41,026 bases of DNA, from positions 1 to 41,026 of the forward strand of contig JAYPIC010000012.1 in NCBI GenBank assembly GCA_038127595.1, in the 5' to 3' direction. The stretch is from a bacterium. GTDB taxonomy: Bacteria > Fidelibacterota > Marinisomatia > Marinisomatales > UBA1611. Below, piece by piece: positions 1 through 9,461 of this stretch (position 1 is its first letter; every line of letters starts with the position of its first letter). The position numbers and the translations under genes are program-made. Below the pieces are notes generated by a model. That model was not told where the DNA came from. It did not search any database and saw only the letters and a program-made list of their open reading frames with translations.

Positions 1-509
1 TTTTTTATTAACATTTCTTTTGCAGATCTAAGCTCCTCACTACTCACAGTTAGCAATGTTTCAGGAAATTCTCTTTCATTTAACCCCTCGATACATTTAT
101 GATACATATAAATTGCTGAAAATTCTTTGGGGAATAAATTTATATGAAATTGAAAAAGAACAAATCTCAGTAATCTTGGCTTTCTTACTCTAGATACAAT
201 TTTGGACAAACCCATAGTAACTAAATAAGATCGTAGAGAGCCATGCAAATCATATATTTTATCATATTTTGCACTTATGATATCCTTATTTAACGTTAAT
301 AAATTTTTCCATTTAGATTTTGAATCAAGCTTTATCACTTTATCAATAGATGGTTGAAGCTCTAACAATGGAGAAAATTTTTCTAAAGTTAAAAAGTGTA
401 TCTTAGCATTCGGGTATAATTTCCTTATAGTCTTTAAGGGTGAAGTTGCAAGGACAATATCGCCTATAGAGCTAAATCTAATAATAAGGATTTTATTAAA
501 GTTTTTCAT
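1..509 (-). CDS. Glycosyltransferase family 9 (LPS heptosyltransferase-like), 3' end outside window
   Basis: Not in the ORF track. Manual translation from ATG at 509 gives MKNFNKILIIRFSSIGDIVLATSPLKTIRKLYPNAKIHFLT...YDKIYDLHGSLRS, with the GT9 'SSIGD' and 'DLH' motifs; the frame stays open to the window edge. Confidence 0.9.
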   Translation of the reverse strand, partial: MKNFNKILIIRFSSIGDIVLATSPLKTIRKLYPNAKIHFLTLEKFSPLLELQPSIDKVIKLDSKSKWKNLLTLNKDIISAKYDKIYDLHGSLRSYLVTMGLSKIVSRVRKPRLLRFVLFQFHINLFPKEFSAIYMYHKCIEGLNEREFPETLLTVSSEELRSAKEMLIK

Positions 510-510
510 T

Positions 511-1488
511 TTACTTTAACCTACTTACATTGAATTCAACTAGTTTAATTAATGAATTTTTAGTTTCTGAATCATCATAGCCATCTATTGCAGCAACTGC
601 TTTATCTGAAAATTCTTGTAGCTTATTTTTAGAATAATCAAAACCTCCAAGCTCTGAAATCAAGTCATTAATTTCTCTTAAATTACTACTTGATTTTTTC
701 TTTGACCCGACCAAAGTCTTAAGTTTCTTTTTTTCAGATCTTGTGGCATTTTCTAAACAAAAAATCAAAGGAAGAGTAATCATATTCTTTTTTACATCAC
801 CACCTGAATCCTTACCGGTTTCATTTTCCGATCCAAGAAAATCAAAAAGGTCATCTTTTATTTGAAATGCCATGCCAAGATTATTTCCATACTCAAAAGT
901 AGATTTTCTATCACTTTTATCATTTGTTGTCGTTATTGCGCCTAGCTCACAACTAGCTGCAATAAGAGATGCAGTTTTCTGGTTTATCATATCATAATAG
1001 ACCTCTTTGGGCATATTCCTGGTCAAACTTTTTTCGATTTGCATAATTTCACCTGCACTGAGTTTTTCCGCTGTTTGAGATATTAAATCAAGAGCATCGA
1101 AATTTTTAAGATTTACCATATTTATTAATGCTTTACTAAGTATGAAATCACCCATCAATACAGAAATTTTATTTTTCCAAACTTGTTTTATTGACGGTTT
1201 GCCTCTCCTCATTTTAGCATCATCAACAATATCATCATGAATCAAGGTTGCAACGTGCAAAAGTTCCATCATGGCAGCTGCTTTATAAGAATATTTTGAA
1301 GGGGTATCACATAGCCTTGCACAGAGCAGAGTAAGTATTGGCCTGATTCTTTTACCTCTATTTTTGACTAAAAAACCTGAAATTGAGTTTATCAACTTAA
1401 CATCTGAATTAAGAGCTTGTTTAAACTCAGTTTCAAAGTACCTCAGATCTTCCTTAATAGGAGCTTTAATTGTTTCTAATTCATTCAT
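511..1488 (-). CDS. Long-chain polyprenyl diphosphate synthase (IspB/HepT-like)
   Basis: GKRIRP, first Asp-rich motif LIHDDIVDD followed by RRG, KTA, second motif FQIKDDLFD. Confidence 0.93.
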   Translation of the reverse strand: MNELETIKAPIKEDLRYFETEFKQALNSDVKLINSISGFLVKNRGKRIRPILTLLCARLCDTPSKYSYKAAAMMELLHVATLIHDDIVDDAKMRRGKPSIKQVWKNKISVLMGDFILSKALINMVNLKNFDALDLISQTAEKLSAGEIMQIEKSLTRNMPKEVYYDMINQKTASLIAASCELGAITTTNDKSDRKSTFEYGNNLGMAFQIKDDLFDFLGSENETGKDSGGDVKKNMITLPLIFCLENATRSEKKKLKTLVGSKKKSSSNLREINDLISELGGFDYSKNKLQEFSDKAVAAIDGYDDSETKNSLIKLVEFNVSRLK

Positions 1489-1509
1489 TTATAGCCTTGA
1501 ACTTACCTA

Positions 1510-2253
1510 CTATTCACCACCAAAACCTTTACCGCGATTCACAATCCAAGAAACACCGATACTTAACTCATAAAGTATGATCAAAGGGAATGCCATCACT
1601 AGCATACTAACAGGATCAGGAGGCGTAATGAATGAGGATAATATAAAAATTATAACAATAGCGTGCCTTCTGTAATGCCTCATAAATGCAGGAGTTAATA
1701 AGCCTATAGTCGATAATAAGAAAGATACTACCGGAAGCTGAAAAACAATACCACAACCCAATAGTAACCAGGTTATAAAACTAAAATAGTGATTTATAGA
1801 AAAATTATTTAAAACAGTCTCCCCAGATAAACTGGCAAAAAAGTTTAGGCAATATGGAATCAGAATGGTATAGCTAAAAATTATTCCAAGTAAAAATGAA
1901 ATGAATGAGAAAAACACTAAAGGCAAAACAAATCCTTTTTCATTAGCATATAGACCAGGAGAAATAAATTTCCATATTTGAAATGTAATCACAGGTATTG
2001 CAAGAACCACACCTCCAATAAGAGCGATACTCCATTTAATAATGAACATTCCTTGTACAGATAAAACTTGTAAGTTGATAGGATTGTCACTGTTTGTATT
2101 GTCTAAAGGTTCTAGGAGAAGTTCTAAAAAAAAGTCAATAAAGAAAAATGTTAGTATGCCTCCAAAAATTATTGATGAAAGTATCTTAATAATTCTCCAC
2201 CTAAGCTCCTCAAGATGATCGATAAAGCTCATAGATTTATTTCCAGAACTCAT
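1510..2253 (-). CDS. tatC: Twin-arginine translocase subunit TatC
   Basis: MSFIDHLEELRWR, FISPGLY..EK, FQLP, ITPPD and LYE motifs; about six hydrophobic segments. Confidence 0.97.
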   Translation of the reverse strand: MSSGNKSMSFIDHLEELRWRIIKILSSIIFGGILTFFFIDFFLELLLEPLDNTNSDNPINLQVLSVQGMFIIKWSIALIGGVVLAIPVITFQIWKFISPGLYANEKGFVLPLVFFSFISFLLGIIFSYTILIPYCLNFFASLSGETVLNNFSINHYFSFITWLLLGCGIVFQLPVVSFLLSTIGLLTPAFMRHYRRHAIVIIFILSSFITPPDPVSMLVMAFPLIILYELSIGVSWIVNRGKGFGGE

Positions 2254-3200
2254 TTTACTTCTTTATCAAAATTTAACAAGAGTTTTCTGACTACTGAGTT
2301 TGGAGGATTTTCTATAGAATCAATTGAACTGGTAATATTTTTGAACAATCTGCGTCTATTCAAATCCCAAAAAATGCCCTCTAATTTTTCAGTTACAAGT
2401 GCCTTAATTCTATTTTTATACCGACTCAATCTTCTTTTTTCTAGTAGGCCATTTTCTTCAAAAAGTTGAATGTTCCTTAAAATTTTATCAAAAATTTGTT
2501 TTACTCCATCTCCTGTTGTAGCAACTGAGCTCATCACATTGGGAATGTAACCATCCTCTGTACTAACAGCGTGTAAAATATCAACCAATGTTCGTTCTAT
2601 TCGCTTTGAACCAGGCCTGTCTGATTTATTGATGACGAATAGATCTGCAATCTCAATAATTCCAGCTTTCATTAGTTGCACCTCATCTCCAGACTCAGGC
2701 ACTAAAACTACAATAGTAAAATCAGCTGCATTTACAATGTCATGTTCAGCTTGACCAACACCTACTGTTTCAAAGATTATGATATCTTTACCACTAGCTG
2801 CTAGTATATCTCCTACCTCCTGCGCTTTTCTAGATAAACCACCCAAATCACCTCTATTCCCCATACTTCTTATGTAAACATTATTATTTTCAGAATATTT
2901 ACTCATGCGCACTCTATCACCTAGAAGTGCTCCACCACTAAATGGACTACTAGGGTCAATGGCCACAACTCCAACAGATTTGTTATAGTTTATAAAATAA
3001 GATATTAATTTATCAACCAATGTGCTTTTCCCAGCTCCAGGTGGCCCTGTTACACCAATACGCACAGGTTCATTTGAATACTTGTAAATCTTATCATAAA
3101 ATTTGGCTACTTGGGAATCATTATTCTCTACCATTGATATAGCTCTAGAGATTGCTACATGCTTATTAATAAATATATCTTTGTAATTAAACTTTTTCAT
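2250..3200 (-). CDS. meaB: Methylmalonyl-CoA mutase-associated GTPase MeaB/ArgK
   Basis: GVTGPPGAGKST P-loop, DPSSPFSGGALLGDRVRM, ETVGVGQ, GDEVQLMKAG, NKSD. Confidence 0.95.
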   Translation of the reverse strand: MKKFNYKDIFINKHVAISRAISMVENNDSQVAKFYDKIYKYSNEPVRIGVTGPPGAGKSTLVDKLISYFINYNKSVGVVAIDPSSPFSGGALLGDRVRMSKYSENNNVYIRSMGNRGDLGGLSRKAQEVGDILAASGKDIIIFETVGVGQAEHDIVNAADFTIVVLVPESGDEVQLMKAGIIEIADLFVINKSDRPGSKRIERTLVDILHAVSTEDGYIPNVMSSVATTGDGVKQIFDKILRNIQLFEENGLLEKRRLSRYKNRIKALVTEKLEGIFWDLNRRRLFKNITSSIDSIENPPNSVVRKLLLNFDKEVK

Positions 3201-3254
3201 CTAAAAATAATATACGCCATTATTTATACTAAAATAATCATCTTTGTTCATTAA

Positions 3255-3284
3255 AATTTATTAGAAATCGTTCATTGACTACAA
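3255..3284 (-). promoter_or_regulatory. Putative sigma70-type promoter for meaB-tatC unit (TTGTAG-N18-TAAATT)
   Basis: Minus-strand TTGTAG (3284-3279), 18 nt, TAAATT (3260-3255); same geometry as three other intergenic sites. Confidence 0.5.
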
Positions 3285-3304
3285 AAACCATTGTATACTA
3301 ATTT
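3275..3304 (+). promoter_or_regulatory. Putative sigma70-type promoter for rpsT (TTGACT-N18-TAATTT)
   Basis: TTGACT at 3275-3280, TAATTT at 3299-3304; AAGGA ribosome-binding site at 3321-3325 before ATG 3335. Confidence 0.55.
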
Positions 3305-3334
3305 TAGCGTCTTTAAATAAAAGGAAAAAACATA

Positions 3335-3589
3335 ATGGATAGACATCCTCAACAAATAAAAAGAGAGCGTCAAGACGTGAAGAGAAGAGCTAGAAATGTT
3401 TCTAGCATGTCTAGGTTGCGTACACAAATTAAGAGAGTTTTAGAATCTACTGACAAGGAGAAAGCTCAAGCAGAATACTCCGTAGCAGTAAGCTACATTG
3501 ACAAGGCTGCTAGCCGAGGTCTTATTCACAAAAATACAGCTGGTAGAAGAAAGTCTAAAATTACTCGTCATTTAAATTCATTAAGCTAA
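3335..3589 (+). CDS. rpsT: 30S ribosomal protein S20
   Basis: 84 aa, basic; RN..MSRLRTQIK, IDKAASRGLIHKNTAGRRKSKI signature. Confidence 0.96.
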   Translation: MDRHPQQIKRERQDVKRRARNVSSMSRLRTQIKRVLESTDKEKAQAEYSVAVSYIDKAASRGLIHKNTAGRRKSKITRHLNSLS

Positions 3590-3595
3590 ACTAAT

Positions 3596-5065
3596 CTAGT
3601 TGTCTGATGGTGAATAGTTAGGAGCTTCTTTTACAATTCTAACTTCGTGGGGATGACTTTCTCTTACTCCCGCTGACGTTATTTCAATAAACTCTGACTT
3701 TCTACCAAATTCATCGATATTTTTACACCCACAATAGCCCATTGATGCCTTTATACCGCCAGTAAGCTGGTGAATTGTATTTTTTACTGGGCCTCTGAAT
3801 GGGACCATCCCTTCAATACCCTCTGGGACAAGCTTTTTATTATCCGTGTCCTCCTGAAAATAGCGATCTCCACTACCTTCTTCCATAGCACCCATTGATC
3901 CCATACCTCTGAATGTTTTGTACTGCCTTCCCTCATAAAGTATTGTCTCGCCTGGACTTTCATCCATTCCTGCAAGAACGCTTCCAAGCATAATAGTATC
4001 TGCTCCTGCTGCAAGAGCTTTTGCAATATCGCCACTATATCTAAGGCCTCCGTCGGCAATTACAGGGATATTTTTCTTTTTTGCAATGTTAACTGCGTCC
4101 ATTATTGCTGTCAATTGAGGAACACCAACGCCAGCAACTATTCTTGTGGTGCAACTAGCTCCTGCACCAATACCAACCTTGACGCAGTCTGCCCCGGCGT
4201 CTATGAGCGCCTCAGCTCCGTAACCAGTAGCAACGTTACCGGCAATTATGGATAAATTTGAATTTTGAGCTTTCAGCTGCGAAATGGTATCTAAAACTCC
4301 TCTAGAGTGTCCATGAGCTGTATCAACAACGATCGTATCTACATCTACGCCGATAAGTTCTTTTACCCTTTCTTCCGTATCACCTGATACACCCACTGCT
4401 GCAGCTACCCTCAATCGGCCATTTCTATCTTTACAAGCATTGGGGTACTGTTGTTTCTTTTTTATATCTTTTACAGTTATTAGTCCTGCGAGATCTCCCT
4501 TTTCATTGACAACAAGAAGCTTTTCTATTCTATGTTCATGCAATAACTTCTCAGCATCCTCTAATGAAGTTTCTAATGGAACAGTAATTAAATTTTCTGA
4601 TGTCATGCAGGCCGATACTTCCAAATTACCATCGACTTGAAATCGTATGTCTCTATTTGTAATAATGCCTACAAGCTTATCATTATTAACAACAGGTAAC
4701 CCACTTATTCTGAACTCAGACATTATATTTCTGGCCTCTTTTATGTTTTGACTTGGTCCAACAGTAACAGGTTTAAGAATCATTCCACTTTCAGATCTTT
4801 TCACCTTATCAACCATATATTTCTGGGATTCAATAGAACAATTTTTATGAATGACACCAATACCTCCTTCTCTGGCCATAGCAATAGCCATATCTTCTTC
4901 AGTTACAGTGTCCATCGCAGCGCTCATTATGGGTATATTTAAATTAATTTCATTTGTTAATCTCGTAGTTAAGACTGTTTCCTTTGGTAATATTTTAGAT
5001 TTTTGCGGTACCAAAAGGACATCATCAAACGTATACCCTTTTCTAAATTTTATTTTACTTTCCAT
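3596..5065 (-). CDS. guaB: IMP dehydrogenase with CBS pair
   Basis: [38 protein letters not shown] (catalytic Cys), GMGS, PEGIEG, ESHPH. Confidence 0.98.
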   Translation of the reverse strand: MESKIKFRKGYTFDDVLLVPQKSKILPKETVLTTRLTNEINLNIPIMSAAMDTVTEEDMAIAMAREGGIGVIHKNCSIESQKYMVDKVKRSESGMILKPVTVGPSQNIKEARNIMSEFRISGLPVVNNDKLVGIITNRDIRFQVDGNLEVSACMTSENLITVPLETSLEDAEKLLHEHRIEKLLVVNEKGDLAGLITVKDIKKKQQYPNACKDRNGRLRVAAAVGVSGDTEERVKELIGVDVDTIVVDTAHGHSRGVLDTISQLKAQNSNLSIIAGNVATGYGAEALIDAGADCVKVGIGAGASCTTRIVAGVGVPQLTAIMDAVNIAKKKNIPVIADGGLRYSGDIAKALAAGADTIMLGSVLAGMDESPGETILYEGRQYKTFRGMGSMGAMEEGSGDRYFQEDTDNKKLVPEGIEGMVPFRGPVKNTIHQLTGGIKASMGYCGCKNIDEFGRKSEFIEITSAGVRESHPHEVRIVKEAPNYSPSDN

Positions 5066-6595
5066 TTAACACTCCAAATAATTTTTATCTTTTAATTTTT
5101 TAAAAATTTTACGATATATAATAATATTTTTAAGCTTATTTATTTCAGTGTTTAACTCCCTATCTCCGTCGTTATAAAGTACAACATCTTTGATTTCTTT
5201 AAGCAGCATCCCAGTGCCATATGCGGGTTTTAAACCTTTGCTATTTAATTTAAATGCTGCGCCAGCAATTAAAAGTTCTATGGCTAAGATGGTAAACACA
5301 TTTTCTTGAATTTTTAATAATTTTAATCCAGACCATGGCGCCATACTAACCAAATCCTCTTGACCGCCTGATGTTGGTATCGAATCAACGCTTGCTGGAT
5401 GGGCTAAAGTTTTATTTTCAGATACTAATGCACTTGCTGTTACATGAGCGAGCATATACCCAGATTCTAATCCAGGGTTTTTTGCTAAGAAAGGATTAAA
5501 CCTTCCTTCTGCACCTTTCATAAAATAATGTATTCTACGTTCAGATATGGCGCCTATCTCTGCAACAGCTATGGCCATATGATCCAGTGTGATAGCTATA
5601 TGCTCAGCATGAAAATGACCTGAAAATCCAACTTTACTTTTACCAAGGATTACTGGGTTATCACTAACACTATTTATTTCAGCATTTATGATCTCAGATG
5701 ATTGCCTAACAGCATCCCTGCATGCACCATGAATATGAGGAATACACCTAAAACTATAAGGATCTTGAACTACATCACAATCTTTATGGGAATTTACAAT
5801 TTCACTACCTTCTGTCATTGCCCATATGTTTTTTGCGGATACAATTTGCCCTTTGTGCTTTTTTAATTTGTGAATGATAGGTTTAAATGTATCTCTGCTC
5901 GACAAACTAGACTCAACAGATAAGGATCCAATAGCATCGGCTGCATCTAATAGTTGTAGTGAATTCGACAATGATTTTATGGCTAATGCAGTTGAATATT
6001 GTGTACCATTAACTAAGCTGATACCATCTTTTTGGCGAAGCTTTAGAGGCTTAATCTTTAATTTATTAAGAACATTTTTTGAGGTTACTACCTTTTTACC
6101 ACGAATTATTTTTCCTTCCCCAATTAATGAGCTAGCGATATGTGCCAACTGAGCAAGATCGCCGCTAGCTCCAACTGAACCTTTTTCAGGAACTGCAGGT
6201 AAAACTTCATTATTGATAAACTTAACTAACTGATTTACAGTGTCTGGATGTACTCCGCTATATCCATGAGAGTAGTTTAATACTTTTAAAGCCATAATTA
6301 TTCTTACAATTCCAGCATCTAGGTATTTTCCAACGCCGGCTGAATGACTACGAACAAGATTAAGTTGCAGTTTAGACTGATCTTGCTTTTCTATTTTTAT
6401 TTGACTTAACCTGCCAAAGCCAGTATTGACACCATAGATAGTCTTACCTGACGAGAGATTTTCAAGCAAGTTAGAATAAGAGTTTTTAATATCCTTTTTA
6501 GCATTACTATCAATTGTAACTTTTACATTTCCATCTAAAAAAGGTAAAAAATCTTTGTAAGAATATGTTTTATTTGAAATACGAAGGGTCGCCAT
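5066..6595 (-). CDS. hutH: Histidine ammonia-lyase
   Basis: YGVNTGFG, LVRSH (Ser-His pair typical of HAL), GSVGASGDL (MIO-forming ASG), NGT, QDPYSFRC, QEDLVSM. Confidence 0.9.
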   Translation of the reverse strand: MATLRISNKTYSYKDFLPFLDGNVKVTIDSNAKKDIKNSYSNLLENLSSGKTIYGVNTGFGRLSQIKIEKQDQSKLQLNLVRSHSAGVGKYLDAGIVRIIMALKVLNYSHGYSGVHPDTVNQLVKFINNEVLPAVPEKGSVGASGDLAQLAHIASSLIGEGKIIRGKKVVTSKNVLNKLKIKPLKLRQKDGISLVNGTQYSTALAIKSLSNSLQLLDAADAIGSLSVESSLSSRDTFKPIIHKLKKHKGQIVSAKNIWAMTEGSEIVNSHKDCDVVQDPYSFRCIPHIHGACRDAVRQSSEIINAEINSVSDNPVILGKSKVGFSGHFHAEHIAITLDHMAIAVAEIGAISERRIHYFMKGAEGRFNPFLAKNPGLESGYMLAHVTASALVSENKTLAHPASVDSIPTSGGQEDLVSMAPWSGLKLLKIQENVFTILAIELLIAGAAFKLNSKGLKPAYGTGMLLKEIKDVVLYNDGDRELNTEINKLKNIIIYRKIFKKLKDKNYLEC

Positions 6596-6600
6596 TGATT

Positions 6601-6630
6601 AATTTAGAGCGAAGTACCTATCTTTTACAA
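6601..6630 (-). promoter_or_regulatory. Putative promoter for hutH-guaB (TTGTAA-N18-TAAATT), possibly leaderless
   Basis: Minus-strand TTGTAA (6630-6625), 18 nt, TAAATT (6606-6601), only 5 nt before ATG at 6595; no SD sequence in those 5 nt. Confidence 0.45.
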
Positions 6631-6651
6631 CGGATTAACCTTTGGTATATA

Positions 6652-9459
6652 TCATTGAATAGAGTGATATTCTTTAAAGATCTGCGGGTCTGTTGGAATA
6701 CTATTTAGAATTACATCTCCATACCTTTTTGTAACAATTCGATTATCTAAGCTAATAAAAATACCCGAGTCAAATGTAGTTCTGATTAATCTTCCAAATC
6801 CTTGCCGAAACCTTATTGCACATTCTGGAATTGTATAGTTCATGAAACTATTGATCCCATTTACATCTAAATAATTGGAATAGGACTTAATGAGAGGGTC
6901 AGATGGAACATCAAAAGGTAATTTAACCACAATTAGAATTTCTAAAAGCTCACCTGGGAGGTCTACCCCCTCCCAAAAACTATTTGTACCAAAAAGAAGA
7001 GCATTTTCATTTGAATGCATACCTTTAATTATTGATGGCTTTGATGCTCCTCTAGATTGGGCAAAGAGTGGTATTTTTTTTCCGCCTAACCTTTCTTTTA
7101 TTTTTTTTGATACATTTTCTAACATTCTTACAGACGTAAATAAAACCATTGTCCTCTTGTTAAATGTTTTATGCACATGGTAAATCAAATCCGAAAGTTC
7201 ATTAATATCACTGGTTATATCTTTAGAACCACCATATTGAAAGTATTTAACCTGATCCTGATATGAAAAAGGACTTACATAGTCTCGCGTGATAATATTG
7301 TCATTTTCTGTTAGACCATTTCTTTGAAGAAAATAACCAAAAGATTCTTCAACTTTAATTGTTGCTGATGTTAAAATAATATTAGAATTTTTCTCGTAGA
7401 GATTATTTCTTAGTTCCTCCGAAATATCAATTTTTGATGCATGCAATGAAACCTGTAGTTGATTTTCAATATCTTTGTTTCCACTAAAAAAGCCCTCCTT
7501 CCAATACACCCATTCATTATTTTGATTTTGAGTCAATAAACTGATTGATTCATTCAAAATATTAAGATTTTCTAGTCCTTTATCTAAAATGCTATGCAGA
7601 TATAGATATTTGGATCGATTTGCATCAATTTTTAAAATGAAATTTTTAAGATTAATAAAACAAACCAATAAAGATTGTGAATTATTTGAAAAACTAGATA
7701 ATGATTTACTTAATGATGAATACTCTTTTGAAATAGATTGAATTATAGGCCTCTCTTGGTAAGCTTTACTTATATCAAATTGACCTTCACTATTTTTTGA
7801 AAGATCTTCCATAAAAAGCTCGAATGATATCTTAACTTTATCAATGTCGTTAATTAATTTTTCTTTTAACAACTTTAAGGAGGTTTCTCCCTCTTCAATT
7901 GATAGTAAGATATTATTCCACCTTCTAGATCTTGGGTTGCTAGGATTAATAGACCTTAGTAAAGACATTACTCCATTGTAATCTAAATTTATCTTAAACT
8001 GATCATATCCTCCTTTTACAAGATTGTGTACCTCATCGATAATAACTGTATCATGCTCAGGCAAAATTCCACTTACTTTTGCATCCGTAAGCAAAAGGGA
8101 ATGATTTGCCACCAAAATGTCAGCCTCATATAAAGATTTTCTTAATGGCCCATAGTAACACCCGTTGTTTCGACCACAGATATCTCCAGTGCAAAATCCT
8201 GTATCACTACAAATTAGTGAGGCTATCCATGCTCTTCTTGAATTAAAAAAACCATTGCACTCCGATAAATCCCCTGACTTTGTTTGTTGAAGCCAAAATA
8301 CTATTGGTAGAATAACTTCAACATCAGAGGACTTTATGTTATTTCTGTCACTCAAAAACCAATCAAATCTTGTTCTACATAAATAATTTTTTCTACCTTT
8401 AATTAATACTGCCTTTAAAGAGGTATTTAAAGCCTCAGTTAACTTTGGTAAATCTTTGTAAAATAACTGATCTTGCAAATGTTTTGTATTGCAAGCTATA
8501 ACAACGGGGCCCCTTGAATCAGTTTCATACTTTCGTTTAATAGCAGAAAATAAATATCCCATGGATTTACCTAGACCTGTTCCAGCTTCGAGCACTCCAG
8601 ATTTATTACTACTTAAAATATCATCGCAAGTATTAGCATACTCAACTTGATTCGCTCTATCTTCAAACCAGTTGTATTTATTGGATAAAACTCCGTCTAA
8701 TCCAAAAACATCCGATGCAGTTAAATTTTTTATATCTTCATCACCATGAAATTCGTAATTAGGCTCAACATATTCTCTACTTTTTAGCCTTTTTTTAATC
8801 GGATCTTTTAAATCTCCAGACTTTATTAGCAGGTTTGCTGTATCTACGTATAATTTTTTATTTGGTATTTCATACTTATCTATTATAGATAAAACCTTTG
8901 AAATTTCTTCAAGGTTATAGCACATTAACTCATCTAAAAGATGTAAAAAAATGATGCCGCAATTTTCTGTGTCCTTCTCAGCTCTGTGGCTTCCAGAAGC
9001 ATCTAATCCATAAAATTCAGATAAAGCAGATAAGTTAAAAACAGGGTGATCGAATAAAACTGACCTTGCTAATTGGAGAGTATCATATAAAGGATTACTT
9101 GGAATATCTAAATTATATCTTTTACAAAGACTTTCAATAAAACTCCAATCAAATTTGACATTATGCGCTACAACAGGATGGCTGCCAATAATCTTCATTA
9201 GGTCATTAATTATTTCACTCTCTTTTGGGGATTGGCTAACCATTGAGTTAGAGATACCTGTAATACCTGTAATAAAGGATGGAATGTTTTTCCCGGGATT
9301 AACTAATGTAGAAAACGTCTTTTTAGGCTCGCCATCTTTGAAAAGAATTGCAGCAACTTCAATTATTTTATCATGATTTGGATCAAGGCCTGTTGTCTCA
9401 AAATCTATTGCAACATATGATGAAAGATTTAATTCTTTTAGGAGTCTTTTTTTCTTCAA
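6652..9459 (-). CDS. dinG: DnaQ-like 3'-5' exonuclease / DinG-family helicase fusion
   Basis: N-terminal DEDDh motifs (DFETTG, AHNVKFD, HRAEKD); helicase EAGTGLGKS, DEVH, SAT, FWEGVDLPG, QGFGRLIR; TTG start. Confidence 0.9.
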   Translation of the reverse strand: MKKKRLLKELNLSSYVAIDFETTGLDPNHDKIIEVAAILFKDGEPKKTFSTLVNPGKNIPSFITGITGISNSMVSQSPKESEIINDLMKIIGSHPVVAHNVKFDWSFIESLCKRYNLDIPSNPLYDTLQLARSVLFDHPVFNLSALSEFYGLDASGSHRAEKDTENCGIIFLHLLDELMCYNLEEISKVLSIIDKYEIPNKKLYVDTANLLIKSGDLKDPIKKRLKSREYVEPNYEFHGDEDIKNLTASDVFGLDGVLSNKYNWFEDRANQVEYANTCDDILSSNKSGVLEAGTGLGKSMGYLFSAIKRKYETDSRGPVVIACNTKHLQDQLFYKDLPKLTEALNTSLKAVLIKGRKNYLCRTRFDWFLSDRNNIKSSDVEVILPIVFWLQQTKSGDLSECNGFFNSRRAWIASLICSDTGFCTGDICGRNNGCYYGPLRKSLYEADILVANHSLLLTDAKVSGILPEHDTVIIDEVHNLVKGGYDQFKINLDYNGVMSLLRSINPSNPRSRRWNNILLSIEEGETSLKLLKEKLINDIDKVKISFELFMEDLSKNSEGQFDISKAYQERPIIQSISKEYSSLSKSLSSFSNNSQSLLVCFINLKNFILKIDANRSKYLYLHSILDKGLENLNILNESISLLTQNQNNEWVYWKEGFFSGNKDIENQLQVSLHASKIDISEELRNNLYEKNSNIILTSATIKVEESFGYFLQRNGLTENDNIITRDYVSPFSYQDQVKYFQYGGSKDITSDINELSDLIYHVHKTFNKRTMVLFTSVRMLENVSKKIKERLGGKKIPLFAQSRGASKPSIIKGMHSNENALLFGTNSFWEGVDLPGELLEILIVVKLPFDVPSDPLIKSYSNYLDVNGINSFMNYTIPECAIRFRQGFGRLIRTTFDSGIFISLDNRIVTKRYGDVILNSIPTDPQIFKEYHSIQ

Positions 9460-9461
9460 CT

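Noticed and set aside
3784..4059. Same-strand alternative-frame ORF inside guaB (likewise 36535-36750 inside the C25 gene)
   Set aside because: Nested in intact genes, with no motif and no sign of a frameshift.
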